From the NCBI GenBank assembly GCA_050575255.1, contig JBNZDD010013732.1, forward strand, positions 22,066,564 through 22,130,563: a stretch of 64,000 nucleotides of DNA, given 5' to 3'. Made by a program: the position numbers and the translations under genes. The stretch comes from Harriotta raleighana. Taxonomy: Eukaryota. Below, piece by piece: positions 51,451 to 64,000 of this stretch (positions within the stretch are counted from its first letter, which is position 1; each line of letters opens with the position of its first letter). A model generated the notes under the pieces. That model worked only from the letters and a program-made list of their open reading frames with translations. It ran no database searches and had not been told where the DNA came from.

Positions 51451-52919
51451 CATGTGTCTGACCAGTTTGATTGATTATGCTTTTGTGGGCATGGTTGTTC
51501 CATGTTTTGTTCATTGATCATGCAATTTAATGTGATTGATACTTGTGTTGGCTGGAAGTAATAGAGAATCAATGGAACATTGAGGCAGAGAAGTAATGCC
51601 AGGGAGGAGAGCTCAGAACATTGATGATAGGTAATTAACTTGGGTTTTAGAGGGGAAAGGAAACTCCACCAGGACCAGATATAATGCAACTAGACAGAGT
51701 AAAAGGGGAAAAGGAGCTTCATCCCCCAAAAAAATCCTGTTTACAATAGTATCACATTTGGTTCCATCAATATACTAGGATACTTAAATTGTAAGTTTGA
51801 CATGTGCACATTTACATTTGGAATAAAATTAGATAATCAGCAGAGATGTATATTTTACAAATTACCTTTATAAGATGCATCTAGCTCATAAGATCAAAAG
51901 CATTGTGCCTTGCATACATGATTAGAAAAACTGATATTCATATTGCTTGCCTAGAAATATAAAGCCACAACCTTTAATAATAGGCTGGCTGGCTAGGGGG
52001 AGAAAAATATATGGAGAGAAAAATATATGGAGAGAATTAATTAAAACACGATGTGAAAAAATCTTACTCCAAAATAAATTGAGTCACCCAAAGTCAATTT
52101 GGTGTATTTTTACATGTATTATGAATGAAGAGTCATACAGTATTCAAGAACATTTATTTGCTAGTAGCCGTTTCCACCTTTTCTTAGCTGTGTAGCATCC
52201 TGTTTTTCAATTCAATAGAACTTTAATACAAATAATTTCCCACTTTTTTATGTTTAATTAACTTTTGTTTTATACTGTATAAATAGTTCTGTATTTATAC
52301 ACGAGAAAAAATCTGTTGTGCAGAGACATAAATGAGTATTTCTGGTTTTGTAGTTTTTATGTATATTATGCAGGGCAGTTCTGCCACTGCAATCATGAAG
52401 GTAACAACATTTCTGCTGTTAATTGTACGAAGCAATTATAATGACCTAACTGTTAAGAATTCTGAGTGCAGAGACTGGAGTAGCTGCGGTCCTTTGTGCT
52501 GAGCACATGTAGCTAAATGATGAAAGTGGGCTAGTTTTCTAACAACTGATTGTGTGTCCAGTTAGCAGAGCCTGATCAATCAATGTGATGCCACAAAGTA
52601 ATCTATCACCTTTTGTATGTTTTTGTGCACAAACCAGAACTATTTGCTTGTTGAACTTTGCTTTTAGCTTATTTGAGTAATCAAAATTTACTTTTCAGAA
52701 CATTTGTATGTTACTCTACTTTTCTGTTCATGCTAATTGTTTGTTTTTAAAGTAAAGTTCCTTATCTTATCAAACTTATCCCTCCTCACTCCCTGACAGC
52801 TTGTTCTCTCTCTGGGGAGGGGAATGGGCTTTTCATGACAGTACAAGTTAAGATTCAGCACAAACACAATAGGGGACTTTGAATCTGCCACCTATCATTG
52901 CTCCTTCAACATATAAATA

Positions 52920-53090
52920 CAAATGCTTGAGTTTGATATGGTACTTTATCACGTCAAAATGTCTGGAAGTGTTTCATGGAATGAATTACTTTGAAGTATA
53001 CCAACTGTTATGTTGTCAAAAACAGCAGCTAATCTGTGTCATCAAAATCCCACAAATAGCAATGAGATGAATGACCAATTCATCCATTTG
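52920..53090 (-). mobile_element. Old Deu-type SINE fragment
   Basis: cttgagtttgatatggtactttatcacgt...aaacagcagctaatctgtg..aaaatcccacaaatagcaatgagatgaatgacc. Confidence 0.6.
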
Positions 53091-53719
53091 ATGCATTTGA
53101 GTTGTGTTGGTGCACAAATTGCCATTTCAATTGCCACTGTACAACAAATGTAAAAAAAAAGTGAATTCACATAACCATTACTTTGTTACATTGACGGTGC
53201 TGAATGTTTGAGATACTGTATTAAGATAATTATATTTGTATGGATGTAATTTTTTAGATAACTCATCTAATGAATAATTATGACAGCATCTTGGCATACT
53301 TCGCCAGTGGAATTTTAAGGGAATTACTTGCATTCCTGTCTTTTTTTTGTCAGTTTCTTTCTCCGCTTCTCTTGAAGTCAGTGATTCATGTGAGATAGTG
53401 CTCCATAATAGTTGCCCTTGGTGCCCAATTGGTTACTACTTTTCTTAAAACGTCAAGTCAATTATGGTTACAACCAATCATGAAGTCCACACTTAAGTAA
53501 GCACTTTCTAGGAGGAATCGCTAAATAAAAATTGGGAGCCTTAACTATGGGTGCCTTTGTTTCCCCATCCTAATCCAGCAGATACTGGAGTGAATTTTGC
53601 AGCAACATGTGTTGCTGTCATTTTAAGTAACACAGACCAAGAATTGAATATGTGGTTTTCTGGTCTATTGGACAACTCTGTTACATAGAAGGCCATTGGG
53701 GGAGCCCTATTTGCAATGA

Positions 53720-53905
53720 ATAATAATAAGCCTTGGATTTCAATATGGTGCTTTTCACGTCTTCTAGGCATCACAAAGCTCTTCACAGAAAATACTGTAA
53801 AGTGAATTGACTGTATATTTGTTGGCAAAACTCATCAGCTATTTGCACAAGTCAATGTCCCACAAACAGTCGCGGATTAAAATGACCAAAGTATTATTGT
53901 TTTCT
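53720..53905 (-). mobile_element. Deu-domain SINE 3' half
   Basis: cttcacagaaaatactgtaaagtgaattgactgtatattt...gtcccacaaacag..aaatgaccaaa. Confidence 0.8.
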
Positions 53906-56900
53906 AGCAATTCTAGCTACAATACAAATTGTGTGTGAACAACAACAAAATTACAATTATGTAGCACCTTTCAGGTCAGGAGGACATCCCAGGATGCTGG
54001 ACAGTCATTGTTTCAGACTAGAGCTGGAGTCGGGGACTGGGTGGGTGGAGGGAAAAATGGGGGTTTGGGTTGACCAATAGAAAAAGATGAAAAATGTGAA
54101 GGAAAGCGATCACACTTAATTTTTAAAAATCAAGATTCGGTGTGTGTAATTAGCATAGTGACAATTCGTAGCCTTCACTGTTCAAAATTAAAATTAATTT
54201 AAAGCTGATTTGGCATTTCTATTTTTATTGCCCACCAGTGTATTGCAGGCAGTAGGCTTTTTGTTTGATCTTTTACACCGCAGGGTAATGAACATTTGTC
54301 TCAAGTGCACTAAACACTGAAGAGGATAAAGCCAATTTCCTGTTATAAATTGCAAAGGTTGTTACTTAAGGAAAATATATTTTTTGCTACCCAATCCGTG
54401 TAGAATGTGGCTCATAGTTATAGCAGGTCAGTGTTATTGGTCATTCTTTATTGCTCTGTTTGTCCACACATTTAGGATAATATAGGTTTGGGTTTATTAA
54501 TTCATGAATGTTACTGCTTAAAAAAAATGTCACGGTATTGCCATTGGTGCAAGCTTCTGGCATTGATCAGATGTGCAACTGGGATCTGAGCCTCACATAC
54601 AGGAAGCTGCCAAATTGTGAGGACAAAGACAGAGCAGTAATCAATGAAGTGGCTATTAAACCATTTGTGAAGTTCTCCAAAGCAATGTTGAAAAGCAATT
54701 AAAGTGGAGGAGGAGGGGTGGGGGAGGAAGGAAACTATTTATAATTAAAGAAACATTGACAAGCAATTAAGGTTTTTTTTGGAAGGTGGTAGGTGGATGA
54801 AACTATTTCTGGCTACTATTTTTAGTTAGCATCATTGAATCTGGAGTTTAGACTTAATAAACGCCACAATACCACTTTAAAATTAAATAGATTTTAGTAA
54901 ATAGAGCAGGCTGAATAAAGATTCTGAAAGATAATTCTCTCTTTTTGGAACGGCTAAAAAAATTTAACATCTTGTTACTGTGTCATTGAAAATAAATTCA
55001 TACAGCGTTATTAGTGTAGTAACTGGGAATGACCAGAGTGATGGTATTTGCTCAGCAATGCAGAATGACCTTATCACATCACCCTTCACAGTAACAATAA
55101 ATCTTGATTTTTGACATAATTGGCTCAGCGAGCATACATTTCATAGTAGATGATGTATTTGCAAAATTCTGGTGGAAAGATAGAATAACCTTGAAGAGCA
55201 AAGGTAAAAGTATATTGAGGGATTTGTGATTACAGTAGAGCCTTTATATTCTTAGGACTCCTATTTTAATTATGATCTTTTGAGGCATTTCTCATTTATT
55301 GTTGCAATGTGGTTAGAACATATTTTATTAGCTGCTCAATCTAGCCTTTCAGTCTCTTTCATTTGAAACAGTTCTTTGGATTTTTCTGATAACTTTTTAA
55401 AATATTATTAATATTAGATTAAATCACAGTTACAGAATTGGGTAGCATAGTGGCTTTACTTCCATCAAACCTTATTTTTTAATTCCCCAACAACAACCAG
55501 CCCCTTTCCTTTGAAGAATCAGTACATTCTTAATGAGTAGTATAGAATATGATGTCTTCTCCTGGGATCTAAGACAGCAAACCTGACCAATTTGAGTGCC
55601 ACAATATTATGGGACATTTCATAATGAGATGTGTTTCCCACCACAAAGCTTGCAATGAGTTCTTTGTACCTACTATCTGCTTAGTGAGGGTTCAACCCCA
55701 CATTTGTTGGATGTTGAATGATCAATCAACCTGTGGGTGGAGGTGGGGTGGGGTGAGAGGGGTCTCTAATCCTAACCTTTTTAATTTTGGAGTTGAACTG
55801 GTTTCAACGTGTTGTGTCTAGCAATGGAGTACCGGATTTGAGCCAGTCCTCTGTAACAGACTCCGTAGTCTATTTTCTGAGCCAGGCGGGTCCCTAGTAT
55901 TCATTGAAGATAACAGCACAGCAGTCTGGATCATTGGCAGGATCCGGAAGGGCAGAGCAGTACCTGGGGTCAGTGAGTCATTCCAAAACCCTATCGGGTA
56001 GGGTGGTCTTAGCTGGACAAACAACAATATCAATGGCAAGCAATGCAGTTTTAGTTGGTTAGATTCCAGAAGTATCCCATCACACATTCTGGGATCCAAT
56101 TAAAGTATTAGGTGCAGATTAGGAAGCCTTGGCTCTTGGTTTGGATACTCTTAGGTTGTGGGTTTCCACATGTATAAGACCCAAAAAATATTTGACAAGG
56201 GGCATTTCTCTCACTTTCTGTAAACTCTTCTAGATAATGACCCAGACACTATTTTAGGAGATGATGACTACAGTATGATAACATTCAATTTGACTCATTT
56301 TGGTAAATTTCGGGGATGTGAGGAACAGGTTTAGTAATGTGCTCAATGAAGATCATTCAAGAATATAATTATGTAGAATACAAGAGAATACAGACAAGTT
56401 TACTGCAAGTAAACATTCCTCACTGACTACAGTACTCTTGAATATGTTTTACTGTGTGATATGTAGCAAAGTATGGACTTAATGTATACATTCATATTAT
56501 ATTTGGCTATGTAGTGAAGTTGAGTTAACTTCAAAATAAATTTACATTTTATGGCTGAAATAAAAGTTTGAATTTAAAATTAAGAAAGGTATGAGTTACA
56601 CAGTCAATAGCCCAGAAGTAATACTGTAGTTCCTTCTTTGGTGAGCTAAATTTAGGCCCCACTCTAACAAGGCAGTACCAATACTGTAATGTAAATGTGC
56701 TCATTGCAGCATTTTTACTACTATCTGGCTCTTATCCCTGTCAACAGCTTGTAGCTGAAAAGCCCTTGGGATCAAACCGAGTTTCCATCAAAATTGTTTT
56801 TTGATTTGTTTCTGTCAGCAAGCATCAAAGTTACATTGGACCCTGTCTCTTTTTGCCACCACACTACTTTCCCTAAACTTATAATATAAAAGGATATATG

Positions 56901-57271
56901 GTTATGTTTAATTCTCACAACCAATATAAATATAATGCAACTGGAGGAGATGGTCCTTAATTTTATATTTAAGCTTCATTATCTTCCAGCTTACAAGAAA
57001 TTTTAAAAGGTCTAAAAAATTTGCAACATTTCACTGAGGCCTGATCTGTAAGCTCTTAATGCTGGATGGCATTAAAAGTTATCCTTTGTTTTGAGTGCTG
57101 TAAGGTTAATAGAGGATCAATTTAAACGTTTTTGAGTATAGATGTACAGGAATTTTTCTATAGTTAGGATCCTTTGGAGATCAAAGCAAATGTTGCATTT
57201 ATTCATAAGGATAGTTAATGTTCTATTTGAAAACAGCTTTTATGTACACAAATAAAGAAGCACAAATAATG

Positions 57272-57550
57272 CAACAACAACAACAACTTGGATTTATATA
57301 GTGCCCTCTAAGCCAGAGAGTGTCTTAGCGAGCTTCACAATAATGGATCCCGGTGCCGAGCCAGGGGTAGGCGAAAAAAGGTGAGAAAAAGCGCGGTCAA
57401 AAGGAAAGGTCTTTAGGTGTGACATGAAAGGAGGGGGAGAGGTGAAGGGAGGGAGTTTCGGGTGCAGTGGCTGAAGACAAGGCCGCCGACGGTGGAACGG
57501 AGGATTCAGGGGACAAGGAGGAGGCCAGTCCCGGTAGAGCGAAGGCAGTT
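57272..57550 (-). mobile_element. L2-type LINE 3' fragment
   Basis: (CAA)n cttggatttatatagtgcc tail; gtggctgaagacaaggccgccgacggtgga body. Confidence 0.75.
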
Positions 57551-60500
57551 CATTGCAATTTGTTGCAGTGAATGCAGAAGTTAAAATGTACTCAGTAATA
57601 GTATTTATAACCTATTTATACAGCTTTCAATACAAATGGTTAGCTGCAAAAGACAGATGTATTTCTCAGTCCTATTATCCCTGAAACAGAATATAAAATA
57701 TGAACATGAAATCTATACTGATTAGATGCTGCCTTTGTACTTCATATTCCTAGTTGTTTCAATCCCTTATGCATAACTTAAACATTCATTGCTACTGCTC
57801 CATGTGGGTGAAATGTTACATCAATGTTACTGCAGGCTCTCCCGTTTATCCATTTCTGACTGGGTCAATAGAAAAGTGCGGATACACTTTTTCCACAGAA
57901 TCTGCTACAAAGTGGCGCCTGCGACAAATGTGTTACAAGCACTTCCCTCTGCTACACACCTGTACATACAGTGTGCTAGGCTCTGGGCCTCTCCGCATTG
58001 TTTTCACTAGTAGGAAGGGAAATATGAATATTTATCTTCTCACTTGTGGATTTTAGTGTATACTTGATTTGATGTGCTTTCCGTATGGTTTCTTGTTATT
58101 TGCATTTATTTGCTTTCTGTGATTTATTTAGCTATCTTTTAAGTAACACTCTTGCCCCTCAGTCAGAAGATTGTGAGTTCAAGCACTGTTTTGGGACTTG
58201 AGCTCTGCATCTAGATGATATGATACATCAATGCAGGTGTAATGCAGGGTGAGGTATGATGAAGCGGTGTATCATATACTGTACAAGGATTAGTATTATT
58301 CAAATCTTTTTTTTTTAGTTTAATTTTTCATTGGGGAGGAAATAAATGCAGTCTTTAATGCTAGTCCAGGCATATGTTCATTAATGTAGGTGAAACTACA
58401 GTACTCAGTGAGACATATAAAGCAGATTTGCATAAGTTAAGTTTCAAACAAGTATTTTTAGCAACTTAATAACATGTACAACAACCAAAGGAGAGCAGTA
58501 GCGACACTACTTGTATTCCTGAGTACATGTTCAGTTGATTGCACATCAACCCTGTTTTGTTCATATTTTATTTTCCAAATGAGGTTGTTGGGTATTATTT
58601 AATGCAACACAAAAATGTAATTCCATCAGTTATATATCTTTACTACATATACTTTAAGAGTTAATTTAAAAAGGTTTGAGATTTATTTCATATCAGATTT
58701 ATTTCTTAAAAGGTCTATGTTAGGTTATGGTGAACTTGGAAAGAGTAATGACAGATCAGTGGAACAGACCATTAATGATTCATTTAGAATCTAAGTTTTT
58801 CACCTTTTATTTCCAGTTTATCATTGTATTTCATAGAATCTTATTTTCCTGCATGCCATGATTTGTTCCTTTGCTGAAAGCAAGGCCGCATGCCTCATAT
58901 TTTTGTGCACAGAGCAGGAGAGTTTGTAAAGCGGATGAATTGCTTTCTGTCAGAGTATTGTAAGTGTACAGTTCTATTCAGTTGACAGTAGACACTACAA
59001 TAATTCTTACATTCAAACCAAAAATTTGACACCAAAGAAAAGCGAATTGAGTGTTATCTTCCTTTAATGTACTTTTGAAAACAAGAATGAAAGCCTTAGG
59101 GGAATACTTTCAGACTATTAATCTTTCCCTTCAGTTCAGGAAGATATTCCATTTCAATGCCTCTTCTGCTAATATTTTGTGGCTTTCATGCAATCAAGCC
59201 TATCTAAAGCAGGTAGGTTAAGAGAGTTGTGCTGGATACCATCAGCTCACACCTGGAACTATATCATTGAAGTTGCTCTTGGCATGACCAAGACCTAAAA
59301 TGACCAGAGCTTCAGAGGTGGTAGATATTCAGAGCTTATTTTCCCAGATAAATTCTGAATTTTAAATTTAAAAAAATTAATCTGTCTGACCAACATAGAG
59401 TTTTCCATTAAAAAAAATTGTGAGTCTCATGACAATTGGCTTATACACCTTTTCAAGCTGCGCTGGATAACCAGTGAAAGGAGAATATATGGCTAAGTTC
59501 TTGATGGCTATGTTTGCAATATTAAATTTTCTCTCCACAGGTTTCAGATGTATTCAGTTTTTTAAAATGAAATCGGCAACAAACTGAAAACTAAAATTCT
59601 ATGAAAGGATTCCAGTATGCACGGAAATTGAGTTTGTGCAAATTTTCTTTGTTGATCTCCAGTACTAAGGAAGCAATGTAAACATCTGGAGTGGCCTCTT
59701 GAAATCGGGAGACTTGAGAAAAGACATCGGTGGTGTGGACATTATACTATATGCAACATGTGCGTGTATAAAACTGACAGTTTTTTGGGGGTGGGGGTTA
59801 CCTTTTGGGTGCAGATTGACTTTCTCCAGGGAGAATGTACATATTGAATTTCAGACTGAGAGAAATTTATGTGTGTAGTTTGCATACATAAATAGAACTC
59901 TTTCTGGTCTGGATGCTCTTAAGCATGGTTGTGGATTTCCACATATATTAGGATAAAACAGATATTTTGGGATTTCTTTGGCTAGTTTGTTTTGCATCTT
60001 TAAGAATGTAAAAAAAAATTAAGAATAATGCTAGTTGCTCCAGGATGCAGGTGGGTGGCGGCATTTACCAGGTGGGGAAAGTTATTGACTTGGGTCTGTC
60101 CAACAGCCCAGCTCTGAATTTGCTAGTCATTATGAACTAGTTTAAGGCTGAATCTTGTCAAGTCGCTTCAGAAAACACTGGTTAGCCACAATTGAAAATT
60201 TGGTGTACATTTCTTGATTATTATTGAATTAAGCATAGTTTATCTGAAACAACAAAAAAGGAAACATATGAAAATAAACAAAGAATGGTTTGGTAGATTA
60301 AAAAAGCGGCAACATTACAACAACAAATTACATTTGTATAGCGCCGACATCCCAAGGTGCTTTTAACAATAACACTTGCATTTATATAGCACCTTTTCAA
60401 ATGGGATAGCATCTAAGAGCATTGGAGGAGGCAATAAACTTAACAAGGAAACATGTTTATGTGAATGAATCATGTTGGAGAAATGCCAGACACATTGAAT

Positions 60501-61277
60501 AGGTTAACAGTTCACTAACTATATATTTTGCGTAGACAATGGCTTTTTAATGTGATTTGTTATGTGTTTGGAGTGCTTAGTAATAAATAATACACAGGAA
60601 GGAACAATGACAAGAGCAGACTCGTATTAATTACAGTTGGACAAATGCATTTATTTTTCAGGATGCCAGAATTAGAAAGTAACTTGTTTTTGCTCAGTGA
60701 GCTACCAGCCCTTCGTCCAACAGAACTGTCTTTGTCAGGACAATTGGTGTGTGTGATTTCATCAAAAGAAAAAGGGCCGACAATGGAGAGATAAAATTGG
60801 AAAGAGAAAGATTTGAGGAAAAAACTATTAATATGAATGAAATTAAATAATCGAATCCCTTTCACCTTGATCATTACAGAATTTGGAGAAAAGGGAGAAT
60901 GAAGTGTAATTGTTCTGCAAAACCCTCTGATTGTAAATAGTTACATTAAGGTGTTCAAATATGTGACAGCAACTTTAGCTGTGTGGTGTAATCTCCATTT
61001 GAATTGCAATATTAGGATTTTAGATTAATTATGTAACACACAATTCGAGGCATTTCCTGCATCCATAGAATTGGTTAGAATTAAGAGTAATTGTTCTGCT
61101 GTAATTTAAGGGTATGATAAATGGCATCTCCTTTCTCCAACTGTTCTTTTACCATTTCTGGATGGCATAATTCTAAAGTACATATAAGACATCAGTATTG
61201 TTTTTTCCTTATCTCCATTTTGTCTATTCGATTCAATCCTGGGAGTAAAAACAGCCCAGGGATTAAAAAAACAAGTA

Positions 61278-61294
61278 GTGTTTGTGTTTGTGTT

Positions 61295-61328
<34 letters not shown>
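61278..61328. repeat. (TG)n microsatellite with (TTTG) lead-in
   Basis: Visible directly in the sequence. Confidence 0.9.
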
Positions 61329-62089
61329 GATAGTAATGTGATAAATAATCTGAGAGGGTCACATGCCTGAGACCTTGAACAGGAATTTTGAGCATTTCAT
61401 CAATATCAATTCAATCTCCAGATTCGTTATTCTCTTGGATCACGCTAAAACATGTGTTGCTTTGTAGTATTCACAAATCTAATGATTTCTTCAGCTGTTT
61501 TGTCTGGCAGAAGTGTCCTGGCAGAGAGGAATAGATCACAGGCTCCTTGCTACCAAATTATGATTTGACAGGCAGCAATACTCTACTATGTGATTTAACC
61601 AGCAATAATCTTAGGACAATTCCACTGAATAATAAATGAGAATATGATGGCTTCTATATATTAATATAATTACATGCTGTACCTAAAGTTATGTTTTCAT
61701 TGATGGNGTAAAACTGCATGAGGATTGTTCTTTAGTACAGATCCATTATGCACAGAATGCTGACTCGGTGCATTTTTACAATGCTGGAACAATCAACCAT
61801 AAATAATTTTCAAACATCACTGCTAAAATAAATGTGCAGGTACTTATTGAACTATTTGTGGGTTTAGAACAGCTTTCAAAGTTTCCACAATATTGACTGA
61901 TTTATATTGACTGAGATGCAGGTTATTGAACTTCCTCTCTAAAGCAAAATCATTAACTGATATTGCTGTCTTAGTTTGAATGAAAATTAAGCCAGGTTCA
62001 ATAGTCTCACTGCAAAATCACAATCTATAAAAATCATAAACAGTGAAAACTGTGGATCTGTTAATGAAATTGGCGAATTCACTTGCTTT

Positions 62090-62370
62090 TCCAGAAGATT
62101 GAGTTCAAGATCCTCAGTTTAAATTCCTTCCCATCCCACCTCTGTGAGCTTACCAAATTTACCAACCCACCCACTTTCTCTGCTTGGCACTGGCCTGCTT
62201 CGTGTCCCAATCCTGCTTGCCCTCCCATCAGTGGTAGAGCCTTCAACCTTTCTGCATCTTGAACTTCATCCTGTGGAGTCCCTTTTCGCCTCCCCATTTC
62301 TCACCTTCTTCAAAGTCTATCCCAAGACCTTTCACTTCAACTGACCATTCAGTCATCTTTAGTTCCCTGG
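62090..62370 (+). mobile_element. L2-type LINE fragment
   Basis: attgagttcaagatcctc (IEFKIL), ggtagagccttc (GRAF), ttcttcaaagtctatcccaagacc; pyrimidine-rich L2 C-terminal region. Confidence 0.65.
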
Positions 62371-63242
62371 CCCCCAACCCTCCCGAGTCCAATCCTCAGT
62401 TTGAATCCAAACCCAAGACTTTCCAGTTACTTGGAGCATCTTAACAACAAATTGCATTTACACAGCATCTTTCACGTTAGGGTTTTCAAACTAAATATCT
62501 TCACTATTTTGCTCCTGGGAGCTAACAAAAGCATACACTTGGCCACCTCGAGCATTTTGTTTAATTATGTTTAATTATGTCTAGTGATCTTTTAAGATTT
62601 AATACTGGAGGTGAGGTTGATTACTTTCAGCTTTTATGTTAGACTGGTTTAATTGTGATAGGCTGCTTAACTATGTTCTCTAAAATATTGTGCCAAAAAG
62701 AACACATGAAGCGTTCCACCAAGTACTACAGAGCTGGAGTCTCGAACCCTGTGAGAAACAATGTAATAGGCTGGAAAGGAAACTTCTTGTAGCTATTTGT
62801 TGCTTATCATTTGCAACATTTTTACTGATAATCTTTCAAGGATACTTAACACTGTTACTTTGCGAAAAGGAGAGCAATGTAAATTTACCAACATTTCATT
62901 CAGCATTTAGATTTGGCTCTGATTTTGCAGACATGTTTTTTCAATATATTTTTGAATCTCAATGTGGAAGATGCTTCTAAAAAGTAGTGCTTAATATAGC
63001 TTGCTCTTTTCTCACAAAGCCAAAGCATCAGTGATGGTTCCATTGGAGCAATATGTGGATATTCTGCTGAATTGTTGACTGTGTTTGTGTGACTCAAATG
63101 GTGGTGAAACAGGCTGATTGTTATTCGAAAATAAGCATTTTCTAGGATGTAGAGCCATTTTCTGAAGTTTGTTAGATCTTACACTTGTAGCATAGCAAAA
63201 AAAAGGAAGCAATTGACTTTCATGTTTTTCCCCCACTTCTAG

Positions 63243-63351
63243 CCCCGTGCAAATCCCTTCCCAATCTGCAGCTTCTGTTTGGGGACAAAGGAACACAATC
63301 GAGAGAAAAAGCCAGAGGATCTCATCTCCTGTGCAGATTGTGGTAGCAGTG
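63243..63351 (+). CDS. KAT6B: KAT6B second coding exon (start of double PHD finger), 109 bp
   Basis: ccccacttctag|CCC CGT...AGT G|gtgagt; encodes [36 protein letters not shown](G), in frame with the previous exon. Confidence 0.96.
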
Positions 63352-64000
63352 GTGAGTTGAATTATTTATAAATCAGTAGAAATTATAAGTTTTTCTAATC
63401 ATAAATCATATTATGATGCTCATTGGGCATTGCACTTTGACCTCAGATTATTTTCTGCAATGTAAAGTGGAACGATTTTGTCATAACTGTGGCTTTAACT
63501 TTCATATATAATTAATTAAACAATGTAGTTCCATGTGAAATAAAATCATCTGATAATTAATTGAATGTTTTTAAATCCTTAAAACCCTTAATTGACTGGA
63601 AATCTGGTTAGTTTATCAGATACACAAAAAGAAGAGGCAGATGAATCAATAAAATCGCTTTGTACTGCACAGTTGGCACTAGAATGAATCAAGATTCAAC
63701 TTGGCAGTGTTAAATTGCCCCACTAAGAAATACTAGGAAACATTCTGCTACGTTGATGTTGCTGGTCATGCTTCCATACCTACATGATCACATTTCAAAA
63801 GGTCCATGTGTTCTAATATTGAATTATTATAATATTGCTGAATCCTTATCTAATTTAGCTTATTAGAGTTGTCCAAGATACAATACTTTTACCCTAACAA
63901 GAAAATACTTTTAATGTAAAGAATTGACCCAATATTTAATTGCTATAGGGTTTATTACATATTTCACAGTCACTTGTCAAAAAAAGCATTTTTGGTTGAA

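Overview
Eukaryotic, AT-rich vertebrate genomic DNA. The repeat content (CR1 and L2 LINEs, tRNA-headed Deu-domain SINEs, Penelope-type ends) suggests a cartilaginous fish; this is an inference. The window holds the last five coding exons and 3' UTR of adenosine kinase (ADK, + strand, 350-21553, poly(A) signal 22289). About 9 kb downstream on the same strand lie the CpG-rich promoter, a probable non-coding first exon, the large start-codon exon (32318-32935) and the next PHD-finger exon (63243-63351) of the MYST acetyltransferase KAT6B/MORF, the same ADK-KAT6B order as in mammals. The rest is intronic or intergenic DNA with LINE/SINE fragments, two TA-flanked Tigger/pogo-type MITEs, microsatellites, candidate conserved enhancers and a 117-N gap. 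Most ORF-track entries are spurious. I found no convincing wholly new system. The most interesting signals are: a KAT6B promoter built from four fixed-spacing TGAnTGAC-N11-CCAAT modules; a minimal hammerhead-ribozyme fold about 290 nt past the ADK poly(A) signal; uORFs overlapping the KAT6B start codon in both alternative frames; and an unnamed intronic repeat family with a conserved hairpin.
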